IMG/VR virus record: IMGVR_UViG_3300027892_004026
Coordinates: 1,869 to 65,868 of that record
Length of the DNA stretch: 64,000 nucleotides
DNA from: a virus
Lineage: Duplodnaviria; Caudoviricetes
Strand: one strand, 5' to 3'
In this document: one piece after another, positions 10,728-21,100 of the stretch
Layout: every line of letters begins with the position of its first letter
Position numbering within the stretch: the stretch's first letter is position 1
Notes under the pieces: model-generated
The model's input: only the letters and a program-made list of their open reading frames with translations
What the model was told of the DNA's origin: nothing
The model's database searches: none
Program-made: the position numbers and the translations under genes

Positions 10728-11724
10728 TAATGAATGGGGTAAATTAAGGGAAATAATTGTTGGGACAATTGATAATGCAAACATGCCTACTCACGGTAAA
10801 GATTTACATTGTATTAATTATGCTACTGAAACGGAGATACCAAAAGATGAAATTGGTTTTTGGGATAAACAGGTTTACGACGAAACACAAGAAGATTTAG
10901 AAAATCTTTCTAATTTGCTAACTGATATTGGAGTAAAGGTACACAGACCATCGTCAATCGACACACAAAAAGTTGTTTCCAACGGTTATTGGGAAACAAC
11001 TCAGTATTATACATTTTGCCCACGAGACACTGTAACTGTAATTGGGAATAACATTTTAGAATCTCCTATGTCTCTCAGATCGAGACAATTCGAAACCGAT
11101 TGTTTTAGGGATATTTTTATAGAAAAAATGGAAGAGGGAGCCAATTGGGTTAGTTCCCCCAAACCAAGATTGTTAGATTCAATGTATCAAAGAGAAGATT
11201 TATCTAAAATTACTTTAAATAATCATGAACCCGTATTTGACGCCGCTAATATACTTAGGTGTAATAATGATATATTGTATTTGGTGTCTAACACTGGAAA
11301 TTTAAAAGGGGCCAAATGGTTACAAAACTTTTTAGGAAAAGACTATAAAGTACATACTATTGAAAACGTATATTCTTATATTCACATAGATTCAACGATA
11401 GCATTGTTACGTGAAGGACTTTGTTTATTGAATCCTGAAAGAGTAAATGAAAATAATATACCCGAATTTTTAAAATCGTGGGATAAAATATGGTGTCCAC
11501 CTATGGTTGATATTGGATATCATAAAACAATAAGGGCATCTGTTTGGATTGGTGTTAATTTATTATCAGTTGATGAGAATACTGTAATTGTTGACAATAG
11601 ACAAATAGATTTAATAAAAGAATTAAAGAAATATAATATAGACACATTGGATAGTAAAATAAGACACTCTAGAACTTTGGGTGGGTCATTTCATTGTGTT
11701 ACAACAGAATTATCAAGAGATTAA
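10714..11724 (+). CDS. Amidinotransferase (glycine / inosamine-phosphate amidinotransferase family)
   Basis: NEWGKLREIIVG and CPRD. The catalytic Asp-His-Cys set is present in DAAN, HIDST and GGSFHC. Confidence 0.9.
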   Translation: MVSVNNEWGKLREIIVGTIDNANMPTHGKDLHCINYATETEIPKDEIGFWDKQVYDETQEDLENLSNLLTDIGVKVHRPSSIDTQKVVSNGYWETTQYYTFCPRDTVTVIGNNILESPMSLRSRQFETDCFRDIFIEKMEEGANWVSSPKPRLLDSMYQREDLSKITLNNHEPVFDAANILRCNNDILYLVSNTGNLKGAKWLQNFLGKDYKVHTIENVYSYIHIDSTIALLREGLCLLNPERVNENNIPEFLKSWDKIWCPPMVDIGYHKTIRASVWIGVNLLSVDENTVIVDNRQIDLIKELKKYNIDTLDSKIRHSRTLGGSFHCVTTELSRD

Positions 11725-11725
11725 T

Positions 11726-13891
11726 ATGAAATTTTTATTATTAGGAGGTGGTGGTTATCTCGGTAGCGTATTATCTGAATTAATTTCGGAAAGACGGCAG
11801 GAAGTCATAGTGTATGATACGTTTAAGTATTGGAACGTGAATAACAATCCGCAAAATGTAACATATATTAAGGATGACCTTACAAACATAACAAATCACT
11901 TGGATAAATTTCAAAATGTTGATTATGTATTGTATATGGCGTCACCAAGGTTCGGTGAGGTTAGAGACGACTTGCACATTACCTCAGAGATTTTATTAAT
12001 GGATCACACATTGAAATGTGTTAGGAAGGTATCTCCAAATTATAAATTAATATTTTTTAGTAGTTGCAGTGTTTATGGAAATACCAATGATGTTGTTGAT
12101 GAAAATACTGAATTGGTACCGACCACCATGTATTCTAAATTAAAAATAGAGGGTGAAAAACAAATTTTGAACTCCGATATTAAAAATTATTTAATTGTGA
12201 GATTGGCAACTTTATATGGTGTTGGAATTATTGAAAGGGATGATTTATTGATTAATAATATAGTAAATGATGTAAAAATTAATAAAAAGATTCAGATTTA
12301 TGAGGAAGATGCTTATCGTCCAAATTTAAATGTTAGAGATTGTGCAAAAATCATTTTCAGACTATGTGTAAAAAATATAGACACCAAGGTAATAAACGTT
12401 GGTTACAATGAATTTAATATAACTAAAACACAATTAATACATAAAGTTGAACAATCAATAAATAGAAAAATTGATGTGGATTTTGTAGACGATGGATTAG
12501 AATTTAGATCTTATTGTGTAAATTTTGATAATTTAGAAAAATATATTCCAAACTTTACACCAAAATCATTGGAAAGAGGAATTTATGAAATTTTCATGAA
12601 AGATAAACTCGTTTTTGGTTTAGAGGAATACGATTCAATATTAGGTTGCCCAAGACCAAATGGATCGAGTAGAACTTGGTATTTGGAAGAAGAGGGGAGA
12701 TTGGATATACCCAAAATGTGGGGGGTATGGAATTTGATGGACGTGAATAGTAACTATAAACTTTTCGGATATGGTACATATAAAGACCAAGTGGCTCCAA
12801 ATTTTTATGAAGAATTTGTGGATTTTAGACAAAAAGAAAACATAAATGGTGAAACGTACATTTATCTTATAAATGTTTTTCACCCTAATTTCTTTGTAAG
12901 AAACGAAAAAATTGGATTCAAGTGTATTTCAGAAAAATATATAAAAGATATAAAATCAGGATTATGTAAATTAGTTTTAGTAAACGGTTTGGAAGGTTAT
13001 ATTGGTTGTGAAAATAATAATGATTTGGAAATATTAAATTCTTGGATAAAAGAATTGGATATTCCATCGGAATTTGTTTTCTTATTGAGTGGTAATTTAA
13101 TCATCGAAGAAATCGCAAAAAGTAAAGGAATGGATTTTAAGTGTATTCCGATTTCAATTTTCGATAATTGGGTTAATTATCACGTGATGAGAGAAAAAAC
13201 CGAATCAATCCCATTCAATCCCAAAGACAATAAATTTCTTTATTTATCTTACAATAGAAATGTAAGACCTCATAGAATACATTTTTTATCCAGTATTTTA
13301 TCAAGAGATTTATTAGATGCGGGTAAGTTGAGTTTAAATCAATTTCAATATTTTCAAGATTTACCCGACGATCACCCAATTAATCAATTACAAAAAAGAG
13401 CACCGATTGAAATTGATAGAGGTTTGGATTATAATTGGGCAAGTGACATCTCACTACAAGATCACGAAGAAACATTTATGTCGGTTGTAACTGAAAGTTT
13501 GACAGATAAGTACACACTTTTTTTATCTGAAAAAATATGGAAACCTATTTCGTGTGGTCACCCATTTATGGTGTTAGGTAATAAAGGGGTACTTAAAAAA
13601 CTAAAAGAATTCGGATTCAAAACTTTTGACAAGTGGTTTGATGAAAGTTACGACAATGAGGAGGAAATGAATGTTAGGTCAGAACTGATAATAAATGAAA
13701 TTCAAAAATTTAAAAATAAAACGGTCGATGAGTTAAAACAGATTAGAAATGAAATGTATGAAATTTGTGAACACAACAGGTTAAATTATATACAAATGGT
13801 TACAAGTAAATATACTTTCAATGGTGATAGTATGAATCAATACAAAGAAACACTATCATTACTAAATCAAATAAAATTAGGTATGATATGA
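11726..13891 (+). CDS. NAD-dependent epimerase/dehydratase (SDR) fused to GT10-like putative glycosyltransferase domain
   Basis: GGGGYLG, SSCSVYG and YSKLK in the N-terminal part. C-terminal YNRNVRPHR...VVTES...LSEKIWKP...HPF. The true start is likely ATG 11726. Confidence 0.75.
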   Translation: MKFLLLGGGGYLGSVLSELISERRQEVIVYDTFKYWNVNNNPQNVTYIKDDLTNITNHLDKFQNVDYVLYMASPRFGEVRDDLHITSEILLMDHTLKCVRKVSPNYKLIFFSSCSVYGNTNDVVDENTELVPTTMYSKLKIEGEKQILNSDIKNYLIVRLATLYGVGIIERDDLLINNIVNDVKINKKIQIYEEDAYRPNLNVRDCAKIIFRLCVKNIDTKVINVGYNEFNITKTQLIHKVEQSINRKIDVDFVDDGLEFRSYCVNFDNLEKYIPNFTPKSLERGIYEIFMKDKLVFGLEEYDSILGCPRPNGSSRTWYLEEEGRLDIPKMWGVWNLMDVNSNYKLFGYGTYKDQVAPNFYEEFVDFRQKENINGETYIYLINVFHPNFFVRNEKIGFKCISEKYIKDIKSGLCKLVLVNGLEGYIGCENNNDLEILNSWIKELDIPSEFVFLLSGNLIIEEIAKSKGMDFKCIPISIFDNWVNYHVMREKTESIPFNPKDNKFLYLSYNRNVRPHRIHFLSSILSRDLLDAGKLSLNQFQYFQDLPDDHPINQLQKRAPIEIDRGLDYNWASDISLQDHEETFMSVVTESLTDKYTLFLSEKIWKPISCGHPFMVLGNKGVLKKLKEFGFKTFDKWFDESYDNEEEMNVRSELIINEIQKFKNKTVDELKQIRNEMYEICEHNRLNYIQMVTSKYTFNGDSMNQYKETLSLLNQIKLGMI

Positions 13892-15060
13892 AAATAGGAT
13901 TTATAGGCATTGGTAAATTAGGTAAAGATGCTGCGGAAGTGATGTCATATCATCACGATGTAATTGGTTATGATATACAAAAAGTTGATACAGATAGGTT
14001 TGATGTGGTTGACTCTATTGAGAATGTCTGTAAAGATAGAGAATTAATCTTTATTGCAGTCCCAACCCCACATCATGTTGATTATGATGGTAGATACCCT
14101 ACATCACACTTAGAAAATAAAGATTTTGATTATTCTATAGTTAAAAGTGTATTGACTGAGGTTAATAAGTATACTAATAAAAATCAACTCGTTGTTTTAA
14201 TCTCCACAGTACTTCCAGGTACAATTAGAAGGGAATTCATTAGTTTATGTGATAATTTTAGATTTATATATAATCCATATCTAATTGCTATGGGTACTGT
14301 TAAATGGGATATGGTTAATCCTGAGATGATTATTATTGGGACCGAGGATGGAACCACAACTGGTGACGCTAAATTACTAATAGATTTTTATAAAACATTT
14401 GTGAAATTCGACACCAGATACGAAGTGGGTACATGGGATGAAGCGGAAGGAATTAAAATCTTTTACAACACATTCATTTCAACGAAAGTTGCACTTGTTA
14501 ATATGATTCAAGATGTTGCGGAAAAATTGGGTAACATCAATGTTGACGTTATTACAGGTGCCTTAGAAAGAAGTACTAATCGAATATTAGGGCCTGCGTA
14601 TATGAAAGCGGGAATGGGAGATGGTGGCGGCTGTCACCCAAGAGATAACATAGCGTTAAGATACTTAGCGGAAAATTTAAATTTAGGTTACGATTTGTTT
14701 GATTCCATAATGACTGCTAGAGAAATACAATCAAAAAACATTGCTATTAAATTGGTAAATTTATCTAAAAAATATAATTTACCTATTGTTATTTTAGGTA
14801 AATCATATAAACCTGATGTGGATTATATTGATGGGTCATCATCAATTTTAGTTGGTTATTATGTGGAGAAATTAGGTGTGGAGGTTAAATATGACGTAGA
14901 GGTACCTATTGACGCAATTTATCTTTTGGCACATTATGGTAAACATCATAATTATAATTTTACAAAAAATTCTATTGTTTTAGATCCGTGGAGAAAATAT
15001 AAAAATGATGACATTGAAGTGATTCATTATGGAAACACAAGAATTAAAAAAGGAACTTAA
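13888..15060 (+). CDS. ugd: UDP-glucose/GDP-mannose 6-dehydrogenase family
   Basis: GFIGIGKLG, IAVPTP, STVLPGT, KIFYN and GDGGGCHPRD (catalytic Cys). Confidence 0.9.
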   Translation: MKIGFIGIGKLGKDAAEVMSYHHDVIGYDIQKVDTDRFDVVDSIENVCKDRELIFIAVPTPHHVDYDGRYPTSHLENKDFDYSIVKSVLTEVNKYTNKNQLVVLISTVLPGTIRREFISLCDNFRFIYNPYLIAMGTVKWDMVNPEMIIIGTEDGTTTGDAKLLIDFYKTFVKFDTRYEVGTWDEAEGIKIFYNTFISTKVALVNMIQDVAEKLGNINVDVITGALERSTNRILGPAYMKAGMGDGGGCHPRDNIALRYLAENLNLGYDLFDSIMTAREIQSKNIAIKLVNLSKKYNLPIVILGKSYKPDVDYIDGSSSILVGYYVEKLGVEVKYDVEVPIDAIYLLAHYGKHHNYNFTKNSIVLDPWRKYKNDDIEVIHYGNTRIKKGT

Positions 15061-16261
15061 TTTAGTGTATGATGATTGGATTGATGAGGTTCCGTTACCA
15101 AATGGTAACAAAATATTTCCACAATATAATTTAGGGATAGGTGAATATATTTCTGAAACATATAACTTGAACGTAAAATACTTTAAACTGGAACATATAA
15201 AAAAAGAACCAAACAAAAAATTTTTTTATATCATTCAACACACAAGTATAAGACTTGATTCAATATTATCACCTGAAATGATTATTTCAGAAATAATTCT
15301 AAAATTGTTTCATGAATGTGAAAACTTAAATATCTTATTTTTAGACGCTCATGAAAGTTATTTAAAAACAGATTTTTTGAGGTTAAAGAATGTTATAGAA
15401 AAAAATAAAATAGACGAAAAAAGATTTTATATTATCAATAACAACCACTTAACAGAAAAACAAATAAAAAAAAATTATTTAAATATTAATTATCACCCAA
15501 ATATTTTAATACCAATTGGATATGTTTGTTCTGTTCAAAATAAAAATATTATTACTAATTTTGTCATAAATAAAGTAGGTAAATTTTTTATTTGTTTGAA
15601 TAATATGAAAAAAATACATCGTCTGATTCTTTTATCTAATTTAAAAAAATTAAAAATAATAGATGATGTTAATTGGTCCTATAGAGATGGACATAACAAT
15701 TTTAGTAATGATAACTATAATAATTTTAAAGATATTTTAAATGAGGATGATTTTAATTATCTAAAAAATGATATTCTTTTTTTTAATAATATTGAATTAA
15801 AAAATGCTGATTTTGAAAACGATTTTATTGATTTGCCATACATTGGACATATTTCTGAAATTGTAAAAGATCAAGAAAACTCATATATTAATATAGTGTC
15901 GGAATCTTTATTTTTAGAGGAAGACGTAGTACAAATAACAGAAAAGTCATTAAAACCTTTTTTTTACTATCAAATACCAATATATTGTGCAACACATCAT
16001 CATGTTAAATCTCTTAAAGAAAAATACGATTTTGATTTATTTTCAGATATTGTTAACCATGATTATGATGATGAATTTGATAATATAAAAAGAATGAAAA
16101 AATTAACATTGGAATTAAAAAGATTAGATAATAATAAAGAGGAAATAAAAAAAATATATCCGTTGTTGAAAGAAAGGATGGAATTAAATAAAATTAAATT
16201 ATTTAATATATTAAAAAATAAAGACGACGAAAATTTTATAAAAAATATGTGCAATGAATAA
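15029..16261 (+). CDS. GT10-like putative glycosyltransferase (paralog family)
   Basis: CLNNMKKIHR...YINIVSES...ITEKSLKPF, shared with four other ORFs in the window. Confidence 0.5.
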   Translation: METQELKKELNLVYDDWIDEVPLPNGNKIFPQYNLGIGEYISETYNLNVKYFKLEHIKKEPNKKFFYIIQHTSIRLDSILSPEMIISEIILKLFHECENLNILFLDAHESYLKTDFLRLKNVIEKNKIDEKRFYIINNNHLTEKQIKKNYLNINYHPNILIPIGYVCSVQNKNIITNFVINKVGKFFICLNNMKKIHRLILLSNLKKLKIIDDVNWSYRDGHNNFSNDNYNNFKDILNEDDFNYLKNDILFFNNIELKNADFENDFIDLPYIGHISEIVKDQENSYINIVSESLFLEEDVVQITEKSLKPFFYYQIPIYCATHHHVKSLKEKYDFDLFSDIVNHDYDDEFDNIKRMKKLTLELKRLDNNKEEIKKIYPLLKERMELNKIKLFNILKNKDDENFIKNMCNE

Positions 16262-17567
16262 AAATATTAGACTTGTTTTTGAAATGTGGAACGGATATAA
16301 CCCATTACCTAATTGTTCAGAATTTTTTGGATTGGATGGGTTTAGATATGAAGATGGATTTTTTGATTTTTATGAAAGATTTTACCATAGTTTAGGAAAA
16401 TATGAAAGGCATTCTCTTCCAAGAACATTTCATAAAATACAAGAAGTGTACGAGAATAAGGATTTAAATTATTATTTTTTTATAAAAACATCTTTATCTA
16501 TTTACGAGATGTTTAAAGAAAGAAAACTTTCCTTTTCTGACAAAGTATTGAATTGTTTGAGAAATTGTAACAATTTCACAATTGTTTTTTTAACCGAACA
16601 TGAAAGTGATGATGAGTTGGGATATGTGGAATTAAAAAATTATATCACCAAAAATGGTTTAAATGATAATCAATTTATGTTATTGAATAATAACGGAAAC
16701 TTTCAAATGTATAATTTAAAACACAATGGAAATATTCAGTTTAATCAATTACAACTAATACCAATTACAAGTAATAGTATTTTTTCCGATTTTAAACCAC
16801 CATTAATAACTGAAAAAACTGGTAAATTATTTATATGTCATAACAAGTCTCCAAAACCACACCGATATGCAACGTTAGCATTATTACATAAAAGAGGTTT
16901 AATTGACGACGTGAATTGGTCTTTAGTCACTGGTCAACTACGACCACCTGAAGATTATGTTTGGTTGAACGAGGCCTTACCTATCGATGTCGTTAAAAGT
17001 TGTAAAAATGAAATAAAAAAACTTTTTTCAATCAAAGTAAAAGAAAGTGACTATGAGATTAATAAAAAATATTTTAGTGAAGATGGCGAAATAATTTTTG
17101 ATAAAAATGAATTTCCTGATTTAGGTGATGCTGCAATGGAGTCGGGTGGATTATTGATACCTGAAGATAGTTTTTCATATATGAATTCATATGTGAATAT
17201 TGTAACAGAATCTCAGTTTAGGGATGATTTTAATGTTATCCATGTTAGTGAAAAATCATTTAGACCATTTGCGTACTATAACTTACCTTTGATTGTCGCT
17301 ACTCAGAATCATATAAAATATATGAAAGATAAATATGGTTTTGATTTTTACGATGATTTAATTAATCATGATTACGATAATGAAAAATCTATAGGTAGTA
17401 GAATAACAATGTTGATTGATGAAGTGATTAGACTAAAAAAGAATAAAGAAGACGTTATAAAATTTTATAAACAGAACACTCATAGATTAATAAATAATCA
17501 AAAAATTATTAGTGAAATCAAAAATAACAATGATGATTATGAATTTTTTAAAACAATCATGTCATGA
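16254..17567 (+). CDS. GT10-like putative glycosyltransferase (paralog family)
   Basis: CHNKSPKPHR...YVNIVTES...VSEKSFRPF. Confidence 0.5.
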   Translation: MNKNIRLVFEMWNGYNPLPNCSEFFGLDGFRYEDGFFDFYERFYHSLGKYERHSLPRTFHKIQEVYENKDLNYYFFIKTSLSIYEMFKERKLSFSDKVLNCLRNCNNFTIVFLTEHESDDELGYVELKNYITKNGLNDNQFMLLNNNGNFQMYNLKHNGNIQFNQLQLIPITSNSIFSDFKPPLITEKTGKLFICHNKSPKPHRYATLALLHKRGLIDDVNWSLVTGQLRPPEDYVWLNEALPIDVVKSCKNEIKKLFSIKVKESDYEINKKYFSEDGEIIFDKNEFPDLGDAAMESGGLLIPEDSFSYMNSYVNIVTESQFRDDFNVIHVSEKSFRPFAYYNLPLIVATQNHIKYMKDKYGFDFYDDLINHDYDNEKSIGSRITMLIDEVIRLKKNKEDVIKFYKQNTHRLINNQKIISEIKNNNDDYEFFKTIMS

Positions 17568-18190
17568 GATTAATTTGTTTTGGTGATAGTTGGACTGCGG
17601 GACATGGAATTGAAAATAATACTGAATATAAAGAAACCGCAAATGCTCCCATTTTTATTGAAAAACTTAGAAACCAAAATTCTTGGCCAAGATGGACATC
17701 GGAAAAATTAGGTGGTATTGAATATGTAAATATGGGTGTTTGTGGTTATGGAAACGAATATATTTTTCGTGAAATTGAATCCGCAATAAACCATAATTTT
17801 ATTGAAAAGACTGACATTATTATTGTTATGTTTTCTTACCCTTATAGGTACACGGGAGATACCCATACAGTTATTGAAGTTTACAATAAAATTGAGAATA
17901 TCCTTAATGGTTATAAACACTTTTATTTTAATTCATTTTTCCCAACATTTAAATATGAAACAGAAATTAACATAAAGGAATTACCATCCTATTTTATAAA
18001 TCCAAATAAATCGGTATCAGACGTGTTAAAAGAATATGAGATAAATAATGATGTTTCTGTGTGGGAGCACGATAGTAGATTAGTATGGAATGATGAAAAA
18101 AATTTTTACGAAGGAGATTACCACCCAAATATTATTGGATATAAAATAATTGGACAACATATATATGAAAACATAATAGATATGATATGA
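17564..18190 (+). CDS. SGNH/GDSL-like protein
   Basis: FGDSWT, NMGVCGYGN and DYHPN. Confidence 0.7.
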   Translation: MRLICFGDSWTAGHGIENNTEYKETANAPIFIEKLRNQNSWPRWTSEKLGGIEYVNMGVCGYGNEYIFREIESAINHNFIEKTDIIIVMFSYPYRYTGDTHTVIEVYNKIENILNGYKHFYFNSFFPTFKYETEINIKELPSYFINPNKSVSDVLKEYEINNDVSVWEHDSRLVWNDEKNFYEGDYHPNIIGYKIIGQHIYENIIDMI

Positions 18191-18918
18191 TAACCCAACA
18201 TTATTTAATTGAAAAATATCTAAATGATTTTGTAAAAAAAATTGGAGAATATAATCCAACATTGCCATCTGAAACCAATTACTATGCTGTTATAGTTGAG
18301 CCAAGAATTGACCCCAAAATGTTATCAATTATAAAAAATCATTTATTTTTTCTAAATGAAACTAATTCAAATATAAAATGGGGGTTACAGGTTTTTCATG
18401 GTATTGACAATAGAGAGTATGTATACGATATCTTAAAAGATATTAAGAATGTAAAATATGTTAATACAGGAGTCAAAGATTTTACTAAAATAGAATATAA
18501 CCAATATATAAAATCTAATGATTTTTGGTCACTTGTTGAGGGAGAAAAAATATTAACATTTCAATTAGATACTTTACTACTACGATTCGGAATTGATGAA
18601 TTTTTAGACTATGACTATATAGGGGCACCATGGTCAAAACCAAAAGAAAATAGATTTATAGGTAATGGAGGACTATCATTAAGAACTAAAGATGTTATGT
18701 TAGAAATAACCAAAAATCATAAAGATTATGAGCCAAGGTGGGAAGATATTTTTTTTGTTAAATGGTTAGATGAATATAATTTACCTGATATTGAAACCGC
18801 AATGAAATTTAGCGTTGAAACTTTATTTCATCCTAATACGTTTGGATTACATAATCCAATCAATATCTCTCCACATTTATTGGAATTGATTTTAAATAAA
18901 TCAATTAATAACTTTTGA
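18187..18918 (+). CDS. DUF5672-like putative glycosyltransferase
   Basis: AVIVEPR, FQLD, YDYIGAPW, GNGGLSLR, EDIFF, FSVE and FGLH. Confidence 0.65.
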   Translation: MITQHYLIEKYLNDFVKKIGEYNPTLPSETNYYAVIVEPRIDPKMLSIIKNHLFFLNETNSNIKWGLQVFHGIDNREYVYDILKDIKNVKYVNTGVKDFTKIEYNQYIKSNDFWSLVEGEKILTFQLDTLLLRFGIDEFLDYDYIGAPWSKPKENRFIGNGGLSLRTKDVMLEITKNHKDYEPRWEDIFFVKWLDEYNLPDIETAMKFSVETLFHPNTFGLHNPINISPHLLELILNKSINNF

Positions 18919-18947
18919 AACCTAATTTTTTTTATTATACTATAGAT

Positions 18948-20135
18948 ATGAAGCTAAATTATAAATGGCCACTAATAAACGACAATATTTCAAATTCAGA
19001 TAGAGTTGCACTCAGTGAGTTTTTATTATCAAACCAAAGACTAACGAATGGTGAAAAGGTAAAAGAATTTGAAAAAATTTGGTCGAATTGGTTAGGAGTC
19101 AAAAGTTCCACAATGTTAAATTCTGGATCTTCAGGAAATTATATTTCAATTGCTATAGTAAAAGAATTACTTGGTATTGGTGAGGTTATTGTGCCACCAC
19201 TTGGTTGGGTGTCAGATGTTTCATCCATAGTACAACTTGGAATGAAGCCTGTTTTTGTTGATATATCACTAGACAACCTATCTATAACTACAGAGAAAAT
19301 TAAAGAAGCAATCACTGACGAAACCAAAGCCATTGTAATTGTACATTGTTTGGGGTTCAATGCTATTGATGATGAATTAATACAAATCGCTAAAGATAAA
19401 AATATAATTTTAATAGAAGACTGTTGTGAATCACATGGAGCATGTTACAACGGGAAAAAAGTTGGTTCATTTGGTGATATTTCTGTTTTTTCTTTTTTCT
19501 TTGGACACCACATAACCACCGTAGAAGGTGGGATGATATCAACCAATAATGAAAAAATTTATGAATTGTCGAAATTATTTAGGTCACACGGAATGACCAG
19601 AGAGGTTTCGGAAGAGACACAGGAACATTACCAAAATAATTACCCAAATCTCAATCCGTTGTTTACGTTTGTTGTACCTGGATTTAATATGAGAAGTACC
19701 GAAATGAACGCGATACTTGGAATTGAACAGATGAAAAGGATTGATTACAACATTGAAAAAAGAAAACATAATCTTAATGTATGGTTAAATAATTTAGATA
19801 AAAATAAATTTAAAACGGATTTTGATTTAGACGGTAATAGTAATTTTGCACTACCTTTAATTGTTAAAGAAGATTACAAAAATAGATTTCATAAGAATGA
19901 TGATTTTAACGGTGTGTGTGACATTTTATTTTTAGAGGATGTTGAGTATAGATTAGGGACTTCGGGTGGTGGAAATCAAGTGTTACAACCTTATTTAGAG
20001 AAATGTGACTATCGAGTTGTTGGGGAATTGAATAATGTTAATTATGTACACAACTATTCATTGTACATTGGTAATCATACAGACCTTACCGATGAACAAA
20101 TTATAAACCTTACTAAAGTATTAAACGATGTTTAA
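18948..20135 (+). CDS. colD: ColD-like PLP-dependent GDP-4-keto-6-deoxymannose 3-dehydratase
   Basis: DegT fold with His in place of the Schiff-base Lys (SFFFGHHITTVEGG), EDCCES, and SHGMTR...FVVPGFNMRSTEM. It has no RfbH-type Cys cluster. ATG 18948 is preferred. Confidence 0.7.
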   Translation: MKLNYKWPLINDNISNSDRVALSEFLLSNQRLTNGEKVKEFEKIWSNWLGVKSSTMLNSGSSGNYISIAIVKELLGIGEVIVPPLGWVSDVSSIVQLGMKPVFVDISLDNLSITTEKIKEAITDETKAIVIVHCLGFNAIDDELIQIAKDKNIILIEDCCESHGACYNGKKVGSFGDISVFSFFFGHHITTVEGGMISTNNEKIYELSKLFRSHGMTREVSEETQEHYQNNYPNLNPLFTFVVPGFNMRSTEMNAILGIEQMKRIDYNIEKRKHNLNVWLNNLDKNKFKTDFDLDGNSNFALPLIVKEDYKNRFHKNDDFNGVCDILFLEDVEYRLGTSGGGNQVLQPYLEKCDYRVVGELNNVNYVHNYSLYIGNHTDLTDEQIINLTKVLNDV

Positions 20136-21099
20136 CAATCAAAAAGTATTAGTCACAGGCGGATCAGGAATGATTGGAAGACAGCTTGTTAAAAAGTTAA
20201 TGATGAGAGGGGCCAAAGTCACTATCGCGGATTTGACAGAGCCAGAAGATTTACCTGAAAATGTTGAGTTTGTTAAGACAGATTTAAGATTCTTTGATAA
20301 TTGTTTGGACATTTGTAAAGGTAAAGATTATGTATTTCACTTAGCGGGTGTAAAAGGTTCTCCTCAGATGTGTATGAATCAACCAGTTGATTTTATGGTT
20401 CCTATGTTACAATTCAATACTAATATGACTCAAGCGGCGTTTGAATCTGATGTCAAATGGTATTTGTTTACAAGTTCAGTGGGGGTATATGCACCATCTG
20501 AAATTTTTTATGAGGAAAATGTATGGGGATCATTTCCATCACCAAATGATATGTATGCAGGATGGGCAAAAAGAATCGGAGAATTACAGACCGAAACATA
20601 TTCTAAACAATATGGGTGGGACAGGGTATCCATAGTTAGACCTGCAAACGTTTATGGACCGTATGACAACTTTAATCCAGCTAATGCGATGGTTGTACCT
20701 TCATTGATACGTAAAGTTCAGGATAACGATGTTTTAGAGGTTTTTGGAGATGGGTCACCGATTCGAGATTTCATTTATGCTGAAGATGTCGCAAAAGGAA
20801 TGATTTTTACGGTTGAAAATAAAATTACGGAGCCTGTAAATTTAGGTTCGGGTGAAGGGAATTCAATCAAAGAAGTTGTTGAATTAGTTATCAAACATTC
20901 AGGAAAAGATATTGATGTTAAGTGGTTAACAGACGTACCGAGTGGAGATAAAAAAAGATTGATGAGTATGAATAAGATGAATAAATATGGATTCAAAAGT
21001 CATACTTCATTAGAAGAAGGTATTAAGTTAACAACTGATTGGTTTTTGAATAATAAAGATATTTTAGATAAACGATATAATCCTTTTGTTAACCATTAA
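20128..21099 (+). CDS. GDP-L-fucose synthase/ColC-like extended SDR (copy 1)
   Basis: VTGGSGMIG, RPANVYGPYDNF, VVPSLI, FGDGSPIRDFIY and NLGSG. Confidence 0.75.
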   Translation: MFNNQKVLVTGGSGMIGRQLVKKLMMRGAKVTIADLTEPEDLPENVEFVKTDLRFFDNCLDICKGKDYVFHLAGVKGSPQMCMNQPVDFMVPMLQFNTNMTQAAFESDVKWYLFTSSVGVYAPSEIFYEENVWGSFPSPNDMYAGWAKRIGELQTETYSKQYGWDRVSIVRPANVYGPYDNFNPANAMVVPSLIRKVQDNDVLEVFGDGSPIRDFIYAEDVAKGMIFTVENKITEPVNLGSGEGNSIKEVVELVIKHSGKDIDVKWLTDVPSGDKKRLMSMNKMNKYGFKSHTSLEEGIKLTTDWFLNNKDILDKRYNPFVNH

Positions 21100-21100
21100 T

